DNA of 64,000 nucleotides from Plasmodiophora brassicae (Eukaryota): NCBI GenBank assembly GCA_036867785.1, contig CP145413.1, positions 744,001 to 808,000 of the forward strand, read 5' to 3'. Shown piece by piece: positions 12,756 to 22,197 of this stretch (position 1 is its first letter; each line of letters starts with the position of its first letter). The notes under the pieces were generated by a model. It saw only the letters and a program-made list of their open reading frames with translations, ran no database searches and was not told where the DNA came from. The position numbers and the translations under genes were made by a program.

Positions 12756-13703
12756 TGTCAAGGACCATGTCGTACCACCGGCACACGGTGACGCCGTGAC
12801 TGTGCGCGACTGCGTAACGTCCACGGCAGAGGCTCCGCCACTGACGCCGTTGTCGGTAACGGCTTGGCAAGCCCCTGTTACATAGCGTTACGTCTCCGCC
12901 GTCTCGCGCCGATGTCGGTCGGAATAAATCACTTCGTTATCGTCTTCACAGATTAACAGTCGTAAGCGTTCTGCGCGCTTTGAGGTGGCGAGCCCGCCGG
13001 CGCACCGCGCGCCGGTGCCATCCAGTGCCAGTCCGCGTCACTGCGTCGTTACCCTGACCCTGCTTCTTCACAACGCGCCACGGACGCCCGCTCCAGTCCG
13101 CGCCACGCGCCAGAGAGCCAAGGCAGTCGCGCCAGCAAGGCAGGCCGACATTACGGGAATCCAGAACCAGTACCGGAACGTAAGCGCCAGGCGTACGCCG
13201 GTCGTACGGGCATCAATTGCTGGCCCCAACCTCTTCACGAAATAACGGTGTCCGCCGGCGCCATCGGCGTCAGTGTCGTCCTGAGCCAGGTCCGCCACTC
13301 TGCGTCGTCACTGTCGACCCCGCCCCAACATACCGCGCCATTCATGCTAACTCTAGCTACGCCACGATCCGTCTCGTGTCGCGTCAACGAGCCAAGGCAT
13401 ACGAGCACGTGCAAGGCCGTATTGTCTGTGATCCAGAGTCAAAGATCCAGCCGGGACACGTCCGTTCGACCGTCTTCCGCATGCAACCGCGTGCCGTTGG
13501 AGGGGGCGTGTCGAGGACAATGTCGTACCAACAGCACACGGTGACTCTGTGACTGTGCACGACTGCGTAACGTTCACGGCAGAGGCTCCGCTACTGTCGC
13601 GGTGGTCGGTAACGGCTTGGCAAGCCCTGTTACACAGCGTTACGTCGCCATCGTCTCGTGCCGATGTCGGTCGGAATAAATCACTTCGTTATTGTCTTTC
13701 TCA
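12756..13703 (+). mobile_element. Non-coding Copia-type miniature LTR element (TRIM-like)
   Basis: Related but visibly diverged 195-bp LTRs at 12756-12950 and 13509-13703; PBS GATTAACAGTCGTA 12951-12964; PPT GGAGGGGGCG 13499-13508; no matching TSD. Confidence 0.8.
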
Positions 13704-14200
13704 GATACCATATTGGCGTGGGAACCACCCAACGACGCGAACGACGTACGCGTCTTCCTGGGCTTCGCGAATTTCTACCGCAAATTCATTCCTCACTTCG
13801 GCGAGATTGGCCAGATCGCCTTCCATGACATGGCATACGAGGTCGAGTCAGTCCTCGACATCAGCAAAGAAGCCAATCGCTGGCAACTGCTCGTGCATTG
13901 GCGCGGGTTCTCCGACGACTATGACTCATGGGAGCCATACGCCTCCTTGCGTAAGGACATTCCGCAACATTTACTGAATCTGCTGCGTACCTGCGCTCAC
14001 CAGGACGCGGCTGCCCTGGCACAGCGTCTCGCTCGCGAAGTGGGCGCGTAGACGGCATTGGACCCGTTCCTCGATGAGGAGGGTAATGTAGCGGCCTCCC
14101 AATACGGACTTCTGAGTAGCGTAATACACTTCACTTGTCTTTTCGGTGTTGTACGTCGACATCGCGTTCGTCGTCCACCTGACGCCTAGGGCTTGTCACA
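13704..14200 (+). pseudogene. Deleted Gypsy pol end (RT tail fused to chromodomain), PPT and 3' LTR (14087-14200)
   Basis: DTILAWEPP...[16 protein letters not shown] joined to YEVESVLD...LLVHWRGFSDDYDSWEP; GAGGAGGGTAA then TGTAG...TCACA. Confidence 0.75.
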
Positions 14201-14720
14201 CGCCCGCGACCCGGACTGCCGTCTCAGCGACTCCTCGCTGGCCGAGAAGCTTCGCACATCGCTGACCCTGCCCTGGCCGAGGAATTGTACAAGTGGCAGC
14301 TCAGCACCTTCTCCGGCATGGTGGATAAGGCGGTCCATCTGGCGCCACTGTTTCCGGTACCGTCGACGGCTACTCTGAACGTGGCAGCAAGCGCTCTGCC
14401 GCCGCTGACCGACGAGGAGCGGGACCTTTGCCGCCGCGAAGGCCGCTGTTTTCGCTGTCGCGAACCTGGACACATGTTGAGTCAGTGCCCTCGCGCTCAG
14501 CCGGGAAATGCCCGCGGGTGATCCGAGCTGGGTTCGCGGCTCTCCCAGTACATCACAACATTCTTGAACCCGATTGCCTCTTCGTCTCTTCTCTCTATTC
14601 CAGCGTACGATTCGTTCCGTCCGTCACTGTCCCCATTCAGGTTTTTATCGCGTCACGTGTCATCGTGACTAAGGCCATTATCGATTGTGGCGCTACATCT
14701 TCGTTCGTCGACTGGCTTGG
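14201..14720 (+). pseudogene. Gypsy gag-protease fragment
   Basis: CFRCREPGHMLSQC; GGGAAAT slippery site 14503-14509; AIIDCGATSSFVDW. Confidence 0.8.
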
Positions 14721-14730
14721 GTGGGAGAGC

Positions 14731-14847
14731 TGTTGGAAACTGCGGAGCACCTGCGGCACGCCCGCCTACACCGTACGGACTGCGGAAATAAAAATCATTC
14801 ACCAAGATGACCGATAGTCAACGCGTTCAACGTACACCCAACCAACA
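14731..14847 (+). repeat. LTR (117 bp) preceded by a purine tract
   Basis: TGTTGG...CCAACA termini, internal AATAAA, GGGAGAGC immediately upstream. Confidence 0.6.
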
Positions 14848-16713
14848 AGAAGGGCACTATTATGTCACGGCTGAGTCGCCAACGCGACTCAGCCGTGGCA
14901 GGTACGGGCGGGTAGGGCATACGGGTGGGTACGAGTGGGTGCCGCCCAGCATTCGGATGTCCTCCAGAAATGATCACTGATGCCAAAGAACTCAACGGAA
15001 AACCATCCTCCACAAAAAATAAAGAAAACGTTAGAAATAAAATAAAAAACATATTTACATTTTTAAAAGGTTTTTATTTGAGAGTACTAGTAATGCATAG
15101 AATGGTTTAAATAATACTTCCTCCGTACCACTTCTTTTGCAAATTTGCATCCCAAAAAAAGCGGCTACGGCGCTGCCGCCACCCGTTTGTGCGCGATCTG
15201 GCACGCAGGCCGACAACCGCTACGCAAAGCGTTTGGTCTCTACTCTACTCCGGTCGGCAATGACTGCAGGCAGTAATAATTATGAGAGTATGCTTCAACC
15301 AGGTCTGTATTGTTCATAAGCTGAATTCCGAAAGTCGGCATTTGTCTTTCTCTGTGAGCGCCGCCTGATAAATATGTTAATTAAGCTGATCAAAAACATT
15401 ATGATGTCAATACAAATTCTTGGGTACTGTAGATCGTGTATCGAGAACCTCAGCGTCCTCGTTCCCAGATCCCTGATCCTTCTCCCCCCACTGGCGTCAG
15501 ATCGGCTGTCAAGTGACTGCAGGGCGACTGCAGGTCGGCTGCAGGTCAGTTGCAGAATGGCTGCAGGAGGACTGACCTGCAGCCGACTGCAGCGCCTGAG
15601 GCTGCAACCGGCTACAACGCCGATTTTTGCAGCCGATCCACAGCCTCCGTCTGCAGCCAGTCTGCATCCAGTTCGGCTGCAGTCTGGCTGCACTGGGGTC
15701 CAAAACTGGAACAACAAAGATGGTATCGACGTAAGACGTGAATTTAATTAGGTACATAATCGTCGAGTTGCTCAACAACCGGATAAACACACCAATCAGC
15801 GTCTAGCGTCAGCATGTGCAATGTGAAATGCGAGTAAGGCATGCCTGCATGCGATGCTTTCATTCGAAGAAAGTTGTTGAAATTAGCGATCCAGGCACCA
15901 TGTTCGAACGGCCCAGGACACAGATGAATTCGATATCTACGCTTTCGCGTCGTCGTTTACGAGTCCTCGGATCGCGGATCATGAGATCGAGAACGCTCGG
16001 CACAGTGACGACATTGTTCGGCACTGCCTGTTCTATTGGGAACCATGGGCTGAACAAACTCGGCATGCCAGGAATAATATACCCGGGGAGTTTCTGGACG
16101 CAGGCCGAACCGCCTCGCGAGTCATGTTCTGCATTGCCAACCTCCCACCATCTATGTGCAAACAATTTGTCAGACGCCAAATACTGCAGACGTCGAAACG
16201 TATAAGCTAACCTCACTTGTAGCAGTAGAAGACATCGAGCTGGAATGCTGGTGTGCTGCCAACCGGTAGCGGACACGGAAACTTCAGGCGGGCAAGCCTG
16301 TGGATGGCGCCGAGATATCGCCAACTTTCACCGACCGTCAGAACCAGGTGGTTGTTGGTGTTCGGCTCGCCGTTAGGTTTCGTAATATTTGCCTTCCAGA
16401 CGCAGTTGCCTATTGCATCATTATGGTCAGAAACCGTGGAGATCCATACATTTCGTCTTCGCCAATGTACCAAACGTTGCCTCATTGAACACCTCACACG
16501 TCGTCGGAAGCAAACGCGTTCCCGTAATCTTCTCGCAGAAACCGTCAAACGAATGGATATGCTCTTTCATCTCTCTAAAGTCGTCGATACTGCCATTCGT
16601 TGCCAGTTGGAACATTCGGCATACCTTCCGGTAAAGCTGGACGAAGGGCGTTTGCCGGTAATACAACCAGTCGTCCGTCCACAGGTGATGGTGCAAGTGG
16701 CACCTGTCATCGT

Positions 16714-19700
16714 TGAGAAGGACAATAATGAAGTGGATGTATTACGTACGGCGTGTGCGGCGGACGTTACAGTGGCGACGTAGTCGCCGACGGTGTAACG
16801 GTTGCCAACGCCGGCGGGCACGGAGTCGCGGAGTGCGTGACGGCGTTCACGTGCTGCAGGCATGTGCTGCTGGTCGTAGTGGATACGTTGTTCGACACGC
16901 CCCCTCCAGCAGCACACGGCCTGGGACTTGTGTCGATGATGCCGGCCAGGAGCAGGTTCGCATGATACGAGGTGCTGAGAGCGGGCTTCGTGAGGTAGTC
17001 TGCAGCCATCTCGGCGGACGGGCACTTGTGGACCACGATCAAACTGGCCTCGACGGCCTCCCGGGTGTAGTGAAACTGCACCTCGATGTCCTTCGTGCGA
17101 TCATCCATCCGACGATAGCCAGACCAGGCCTTCGCGCCTTGATTGTCCTCGTATACGATCGTCGGACTGGAGCGTGCGAAGCCGATTTCGGTCAGGAATG
17201 ACCGGATCCAGGCCAGCTGGCGGGTAACAGCACACAGCGACTTGATCTCTGCATGTGTGGACGATAAGCTAACTTTGACTGCGCCCAGGTCTTGGCGACG
17301 TGACTGCCAGTGCACGGGGCCGCCAGCCAGCAGGATGATGTGGCCGGAGCGCGACCGTCGCGTGTCAGGGTCGGATGCCCAATCAGCGTCGGCGTATGCG
17401 ATCAGACGATCTTCGGGCTGGCGTTCGTATCGGATGCCGTGCGTCATGGTGCCGGCGAGGTACTTAAGAACGCGTTGCCCCGCACGCCAATGCTGGATGC
17501 CGGGATTCGAGGAGAATTGGGCCAGTACATTCGTTATGTACGCGATGTCGGGACGGCATCGATGGGCGAGCCATGTCAGGCAGCCAATAAGTTTGAGGTA
17601 CGGCTTGGTCGCCATTTCGTCACGGTCGAGGTCGCTTTGTGGACTCATTGTCGTTGATAGGTGAACGCCAGGCTGGTGCGGCGTGTCGACCGGATGACAA
17701 TGCGACATGTTGAAGTCGCTCAACACCTTCTCGATGTACTCGGCTTGGTCAAGGGTGATGGCGCCGGTGCCAGGTTCGCGTCGGATGCGCATGCCAAGCA
17801 GGGTCGACGGTTCACCTTGATCGGTGATCTCGGCCATCGTGGAGAGCTTCTCGAGAACGGATTCCGCGAACGGGACGTCATTGTATGCCAGCAGACCGTC
17901 GTCGGTGTGCACCGACATGATCATGAACTTTCCATCGCGATCGTACCGGAAGACGCAGGGGTCCGCGATGATCGATTCGAATCCGAGTGATAACAGCATC
18001 TCCCGAAGCGTCTTGTACCAACGTTCGGCGCCTTGTTTCGTTCCATAAAGGGCCTTTTGCAGTTGACGAACTCGGTACGGGACGTGATGATCGGTGAAGC
18101 CATCCGGCTGACGAATGTAAACATCATGGAGCATGTCGGCGTTCAGGTATGCGGCCACCCAGTCGACCTGGCGAAGATGCAGGCCGTGCTGCGCCGCGAG
18201 CGCTAGGATAACGAGGAACGCAGTGGCACGGGCGGTCGGCGCGAACGTATCGTCGAAGTCGATGCCGGGGCGTTGTCGGAAGCCCTGAGCACAGAGTCGG
18301 GCGGTGAACTTGCGGATGCCACCGTTGCCACTGAGCGAGGACTTCACTCGGAACACCCACTTGGCGCCAACAGCGATCTTACTTTTCGGCAGGTCGATTA
18401 GCGGGCCGAACGTGTCCTTGGCGTCCAGTGTTGCCATCTGGGTGACGGCGGCGTCCCACCAGTGGCCAGCGAAAGGTGATGAGAGGGCATCGGCCATTGA
18501 GTTGGGTACGGGAATGTCGGTCGCTTTCAGCTTCGACAGGTCGGGTCGTGGTAGACGGGCTGGGTCGATCGGGGCGGATACCTTGGCTCGACATGCCTTG
18601 GCAGCTGCGCCGCGACATGTCGGACGGTTGGACCTGATGGCCTGATCGATCAGACGGCGCTCCTCAACCTGCTGCCAATGCCGGATCAGTCGGCGGGAGC
18701 GACGAGGAGGGCGCTGTGTCGGGAACGTTAGGGTTGGATTCTGGAACCAGGCGTCGACCGTCGAGGACCACCGTGTCGACGAACGATTGGCCGCCTCCGG
18801 CGCCTTCCACCATTCACCAGGCGGTTGACGACGACGATTCGATCGGCGAGGGCGTGGCACGTCGATGACATTGTGGTCAACGATATCAGCAGCATCGGAA
18901 TTGTCGTGGACGTCGGGGTCGGCAGCTTCGTTGGGAGAGTCGTTGCTGGACGCCGAACCTTCGTAGTCGGGATCATCTTCAGCGTCATCATCATCTTCGT
19001 CGGTGGATACGTCATCAGGAGACGGTGAGCGCGACGGTCGGACGATCTCGGAAGGCGATGACGCAGCGGCAGGTGACGGAGGCTCGGGAGGGGATGCTGC
19101 GAGAGAGGATGCTGACGTCGATGGTAGAGGTGCCATGACGGCGTCGGAAGAGACGGGCGTCGGGACGATCGTGTCAACGTTCGGCGCAGAGCTCGACTCG
19201 GGACTGGACGGTGGCGCTGATGATGAACTAGCAGGGCTGGATCTTCCAAAGCCGAATGTGAACGAGGTCTCCAGGAACTCGGCAGTCGTGCTCTCGAACG
19301 TGTCTTCCCGGTCCACGTCGTAGAACCGCCAAGCCTTCATGCCGGGCGTGAAACCGATAAACACAGCGCGAACACGACGAGGCTCCAACTTGCTCGGCTT
19401 CTTCGTGGCTGGATGCGGTCGCATGGCATAGGCATCGCAACCGTAGACACGAAGGGCCGAGATGTTAGGTAGGGCGCGACGAGCAGCCTCGAACGATGTG
19501 CGACGCCCGGGAAGGACTGATCTGGGGTGGATGTTGTACAGTATCGCAGAGTAGGACAGCGACCAGGGCCACGTGGAGTCAGGCATGCGAGAGTGGCACC
19601 GGATTGAGCTTTCGATACCGCAGAGCGTGTGGTTGACGCTTTCAGCGCGGCCGTTCTGCTCGGGCGTGTACGGGACAGATTTGCGGTGCAGGATGCCGGA

Positions 19701-21949
19701 CTCGTTGTAGAACAGGACGCACGCCTTGGAGTTGTACTCGCCGCCACCGTCGGTCTGGAACGTCCGGATACCACGTCCTTCCTGGTTGCGAAGACGCGCG
19801 TCATAGTGCTTGATGACGTCGAGCGCCTCCGATTTGCGACGTAGCAGATAGACGGACAGGTACCGAGAGGAATCGTCCAGCATGGTCTGGTAGTACTCAA
19901 AGCCGCCGACACCGACGACAGGCCACCGTCCGGACAGATCGCTATGGACGAGATCGCCAACACGACGCGCGCGCGACGTACTGGGAGGGAATGATGACCG
20001 TTTGCCCTTGGCGAGTAAACATGCAGCGCATGGACATCGATCTTGCGGCCTCGGGATTGGCCCGTCGAACTTCATGCCACGACAACGTTTGTGCAGGATG
20101 CGCAGGTTGCCGTAACCCAGGTGGCCGGTTCGAGCGTGCCAGACAGCTGGAGCTGCGGCGGTGACCTTAGCGACGCGGCATGAGACGCTGGATGCGATCA
20201 AGGAGCAGACTCGGGCAGAGTGAAGTGTGCCGGGCGCGGAGGTTGGAGCGGATAATGGAATCCGGTACAGGTTATCGTGTCCTCGTTGACTGACGGCCAC
20301 TGGCTGACCGACGGGCGCCGTCCAGTTGGCCCCCGAGTAGATCTTCGCGGTATCGCCGTCGAACACGATCTTGTGACCTGATCTGGTGAGCTGGCCAACT
20401 GATACTAGCGCTTGGCCAAGTCGGGGAACGTGCAGCGAATCGATACTCGTCGCCTGGACATCCATGCCGAATGACGTCACGCCTCGACCGGAAGTGGTCG
20501 TACGCGACAGATCGGCTAGCTCAACTTCCGGTCCGGTGCCTTGGCGATAGCAGCTGAGATGTCGGCGCAGGGGCGTCATCGTCGTGGAACACGCTGAGTC
20601 CAGTAGGCCTACTGAGTTCGCGTACACGTCGATGGCGTGGCGTGCCGACAAAGCACGCATCGGCTCGGGCGCCGGATCGATCGGATGAGCGCCAGACGTT
20701 GGATACTCGTTGGACGTTGGTGAGGATGTATTGCTTTTCGCGTTGCTGTCGCGGTACCAGATGTGTCGTTGCAGCGTGCATTCGCCGTTAGTGTGCTTGG
20801 ATCCGGGATGGAAGACGCAGGACTCGTTGCGTCGTGGTCCACGGGGACGCGTCGATGTGGCGCAACTGGAGCGGTTGGCCGTTTGGAACGCGTCGTGTCG
20901 GTCCCGCACGTCTTGGACCCTGATCTCCTCGCTTGTCAACGACCCGACGACCTCGGAGACACTGGGCAGCGTGTCCAGAGCACGATTGTGCAGGCCAGCG
21001 ACGACGGCGTCGAGATCGGATGATGCGTTGGCCAAGATGAGCACGGCGACCAATGCGTCGGTGAGGGACAGCATCTCGATCGGTACCGTCGACCGGACGC
21101 GATGAGCCGCTGCTTGAACTCGGGCGGCGTACGTGGCGACCGACTCGCCGGGCATGTGCTGGACCGTGACGAGGTCGCGGACGGCGCGCACGACCGATGC
21201 CAGCGACGACGGGCTGTACGCCTGGAACAGCACGCGCCAGCACTTGGCAGCCGAGCCTGCCTGAAACAAAGACAACGCGGACGCGATCTTGTGGTCCAGC
21301 ATGTGGACGAGTAGAATCTCGCGCGCGGCTGCCTCGAGAGCTGGGTCGTGTGCCGTACCGGTTGTCGCAGTCGGCGAGCCATCTTCGTTGATCCCGATGA
21401 CGTCCGCGTACCCACGATTGCGAAACCAGAGTGCAGCTGTCTGAACCCAGGACGTGAACGAGTCGGGAGTACCGTCGAACTTGGGCATGGGCAGTCGGCC
21501 TGCGTCGCTTCGGCTGTGCGCCTCGGCGATGATCGGCATGGCCGGGGTCGATGGACAGCTGGTCGGACGCGCCAGCTGCTGCTGCAGGACACGGAGACGG
21601 TCGATCTTCTCCTGCCTGGCGATCGTTGCCTCCGCTTCGGCAATTCGGGTGTCGATCTCCTCGAGCGACAGATGACGCAGCGGGTCGTCATCCGTGTTAG
21701 GCGTCGCCTGGCGCTCGGCCATGGCGAGTAGAGGCTCAGCGCCTGCGCCTATACGACTGTTAATCTGAGAAGGACAATAATGAAGTGGATGTATTACGTA
21801 CGGCGTGTGCGGCGGACGTTACAGTGGCGACGTAGTCGCCGACGGTGTAACGGTTGCCAACGCCGGCGGGCACGGAGTCGCGGAGTGCGTGACGGCGTTC
21901 ACGTGCTGCAGGCATGTGCTGCTGGTCGTAGTGGATACGTTGTTCGACA
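16714..21949 (-). mobile_element. Ty1/Copia retrotransposon copy 2, intact (5236 bp)
   Basis: 184-bp LTRs at 16714-16897 and 21766-21949, identical by eye; TSD ATCGT; PBS 21752-21765; PPT next to the 3' LTR. Confidence 0.98.
16767..21722 (-). CDS. Copia Gag-Pol polyprotein, 1651 aa (gag, protease, integrase, RT, RNase H)
   Basis: LLDSACS protease; WHARTGH...CAAC zinc domain; HSD..QTDGGGEY..PEQNGRAE integrase; KALYGTKQG and VHTDD RT; YADADWA...ADYLTKP RNase H. Confidence 0.97.
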   Translation of the reverse strand: MAERQATPNTDDDPLRHLSLEEIDTRIAEAEATIARQEKIDRLRVLQQQLARPTSCPSTPAMPIIAEAHSRSDAGRLPMPKFDGTPDSFTSWVQTAALWFRNRGYADVIGINEDGSPTATTGTAHDPALEAAAREILLVHMLDHKIASALSLFQAGSAAKCWRVLFQAYSPSSLASVVRAVRDLVTVQHMPGESVATYAARVQAAAHRVRSTVPIEMLSLTDALVAVLILANASSDLDAVVAGLHNRALDTLPSVSEVVGSLTSEEIRVQDVRDRHDAFQTANRSSCATSTRPRGPRRNESCVFHPGSKHTNGECTLQRHIWYRDSNAKSNTSSPTSNEYPTSGAHPIDPAPEPMRALSARHAIDVYANSVGLLDSACSTTMTPLRRHLSCYRQGTGPEVELADLSRTTTSGRGVTSFGMDVQATSIDSLHVPRLGQALVSVGQLTRSGHKIVFDGDTAKIYSGANWTAPVGQPVAVSQRGHDNLYRIPLSAPTSAPGTLHSARVCSLIASSVSCRVAKVTAAAPAVWHARTGHLGYGNLRILHKRCRGMKFDGPIPRPQDRCPCAACLLAKGKRSSFPPSTSRARRVGDLVHSDLSGRWPVVGVGGFEYYQTMLDDSSRYLSVYLLRRKSEALDVIKHYDARLRNQEGRGIRTFQTDGGGEYNSKACVLFYNESGILHRKSVPYTPEQNGRAESVNHTLCGIESSIRCHSRMPDSTWPWSLSYSAILYNIHPRSVLPGRRTSFEAARRALPNISALRVYGCDAYAMRPHPATKKPSKLEPRRVRAVFIGFTPGMKAWRFYDVDREDTFESTTAEFLETSFTFGFGRSSPASSSSAPPSSPESSSAPNVDTIVPTPVSSDAVMAPLPSTSASSLAASPPEPPSPAAASSPSEIVRPSRSPSPDDVSTDEDDDDAEDDPDYEGSASSNDSPNEAADPDVHDNSDAADIVDHNVIDVPRPRRSNRRRQPPGEWWKAPEAANRSSTRWSSTVDAWFQNPTLTFPTQRPPRRSRRLIRHWQQVEERRLIDQAIRSNRPTCRGAAAKACRAKVSAPIDPARLPRPDLSKLKATDIPVPNSMADALSSPFAGHWWDAAVTQMATLDAKDTFGPLIDLPKSKIAVGAKWVFRVKSSLSGNGGIRKFTARLCAQGFRQRPGIDFDDTFAPTARATAFLVILALAAQHGLHLRQVDWVAAYLNADMLHDVYIRQPDGFTDHHVPYRVRQLQKALYGTKQGAERWYKTLREMLLSLGFESIIADPCVFRYDRDGKFMIMSVHTDDGLLAYNDVPFAESVLEKLSTMAEITDQGEPSTLLGMRIRREPGTGAITLDQAEYIEKVLSDFNMSHCHPVDTPHQPGVHLSTTMSPQSDLDRDEMATKPYLKLIGCLTWLAHRCRPDIAYITNVLAQFSSNPGIQHWRAGQRVLKYLAGTMTHGIRYERQPEDRLIAYADADWASDPDTRRSRSGHIILLAGGPVHWQSRRQDLGAVKVSLSSTHAEIKSLCAVTRQLAWIRSFLTEIGFARSSPTIVYEDNQGAKAWSGYRRMDDRTKDIEVQFHYTREAVEASLIVVHKCPSAEMAADYLTKPALSTSYHANLLLAGIIDTSPRPCAAGGGVSNNVSTTTSSTCLQHVNAVTHSATPCPPALATVTPSATTSPL

Positions 21950-22197
21950 ATCGTCAGACAAGGTCATGGTTGTCGAACAACGTATCCACTACGACCAGCA
22001 GCACATGCCTGCAGCACGTGAACGCCGTCACGCACTCCGCGACTCCGTGCCCGCCGGCGTTGGCAACCGTTACACCGTCGGCGACTACGTCGCCACTGTA
22101 ACGTCCGCCGCACACGCCGTACGTAATACATCCACTTCATTATTGTCCTTCTCAGATTAACAGTCGTATAGGCGCAGGCGCTGAGCCTCTACTCGCC

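Noticed and set aside
7418-13708. GATAC after both 7417 and 13703 as a shared TSD
   Set aside because: Both copies lie on the right side of different elements; the orientation fits neither a TSD nor an inversion.
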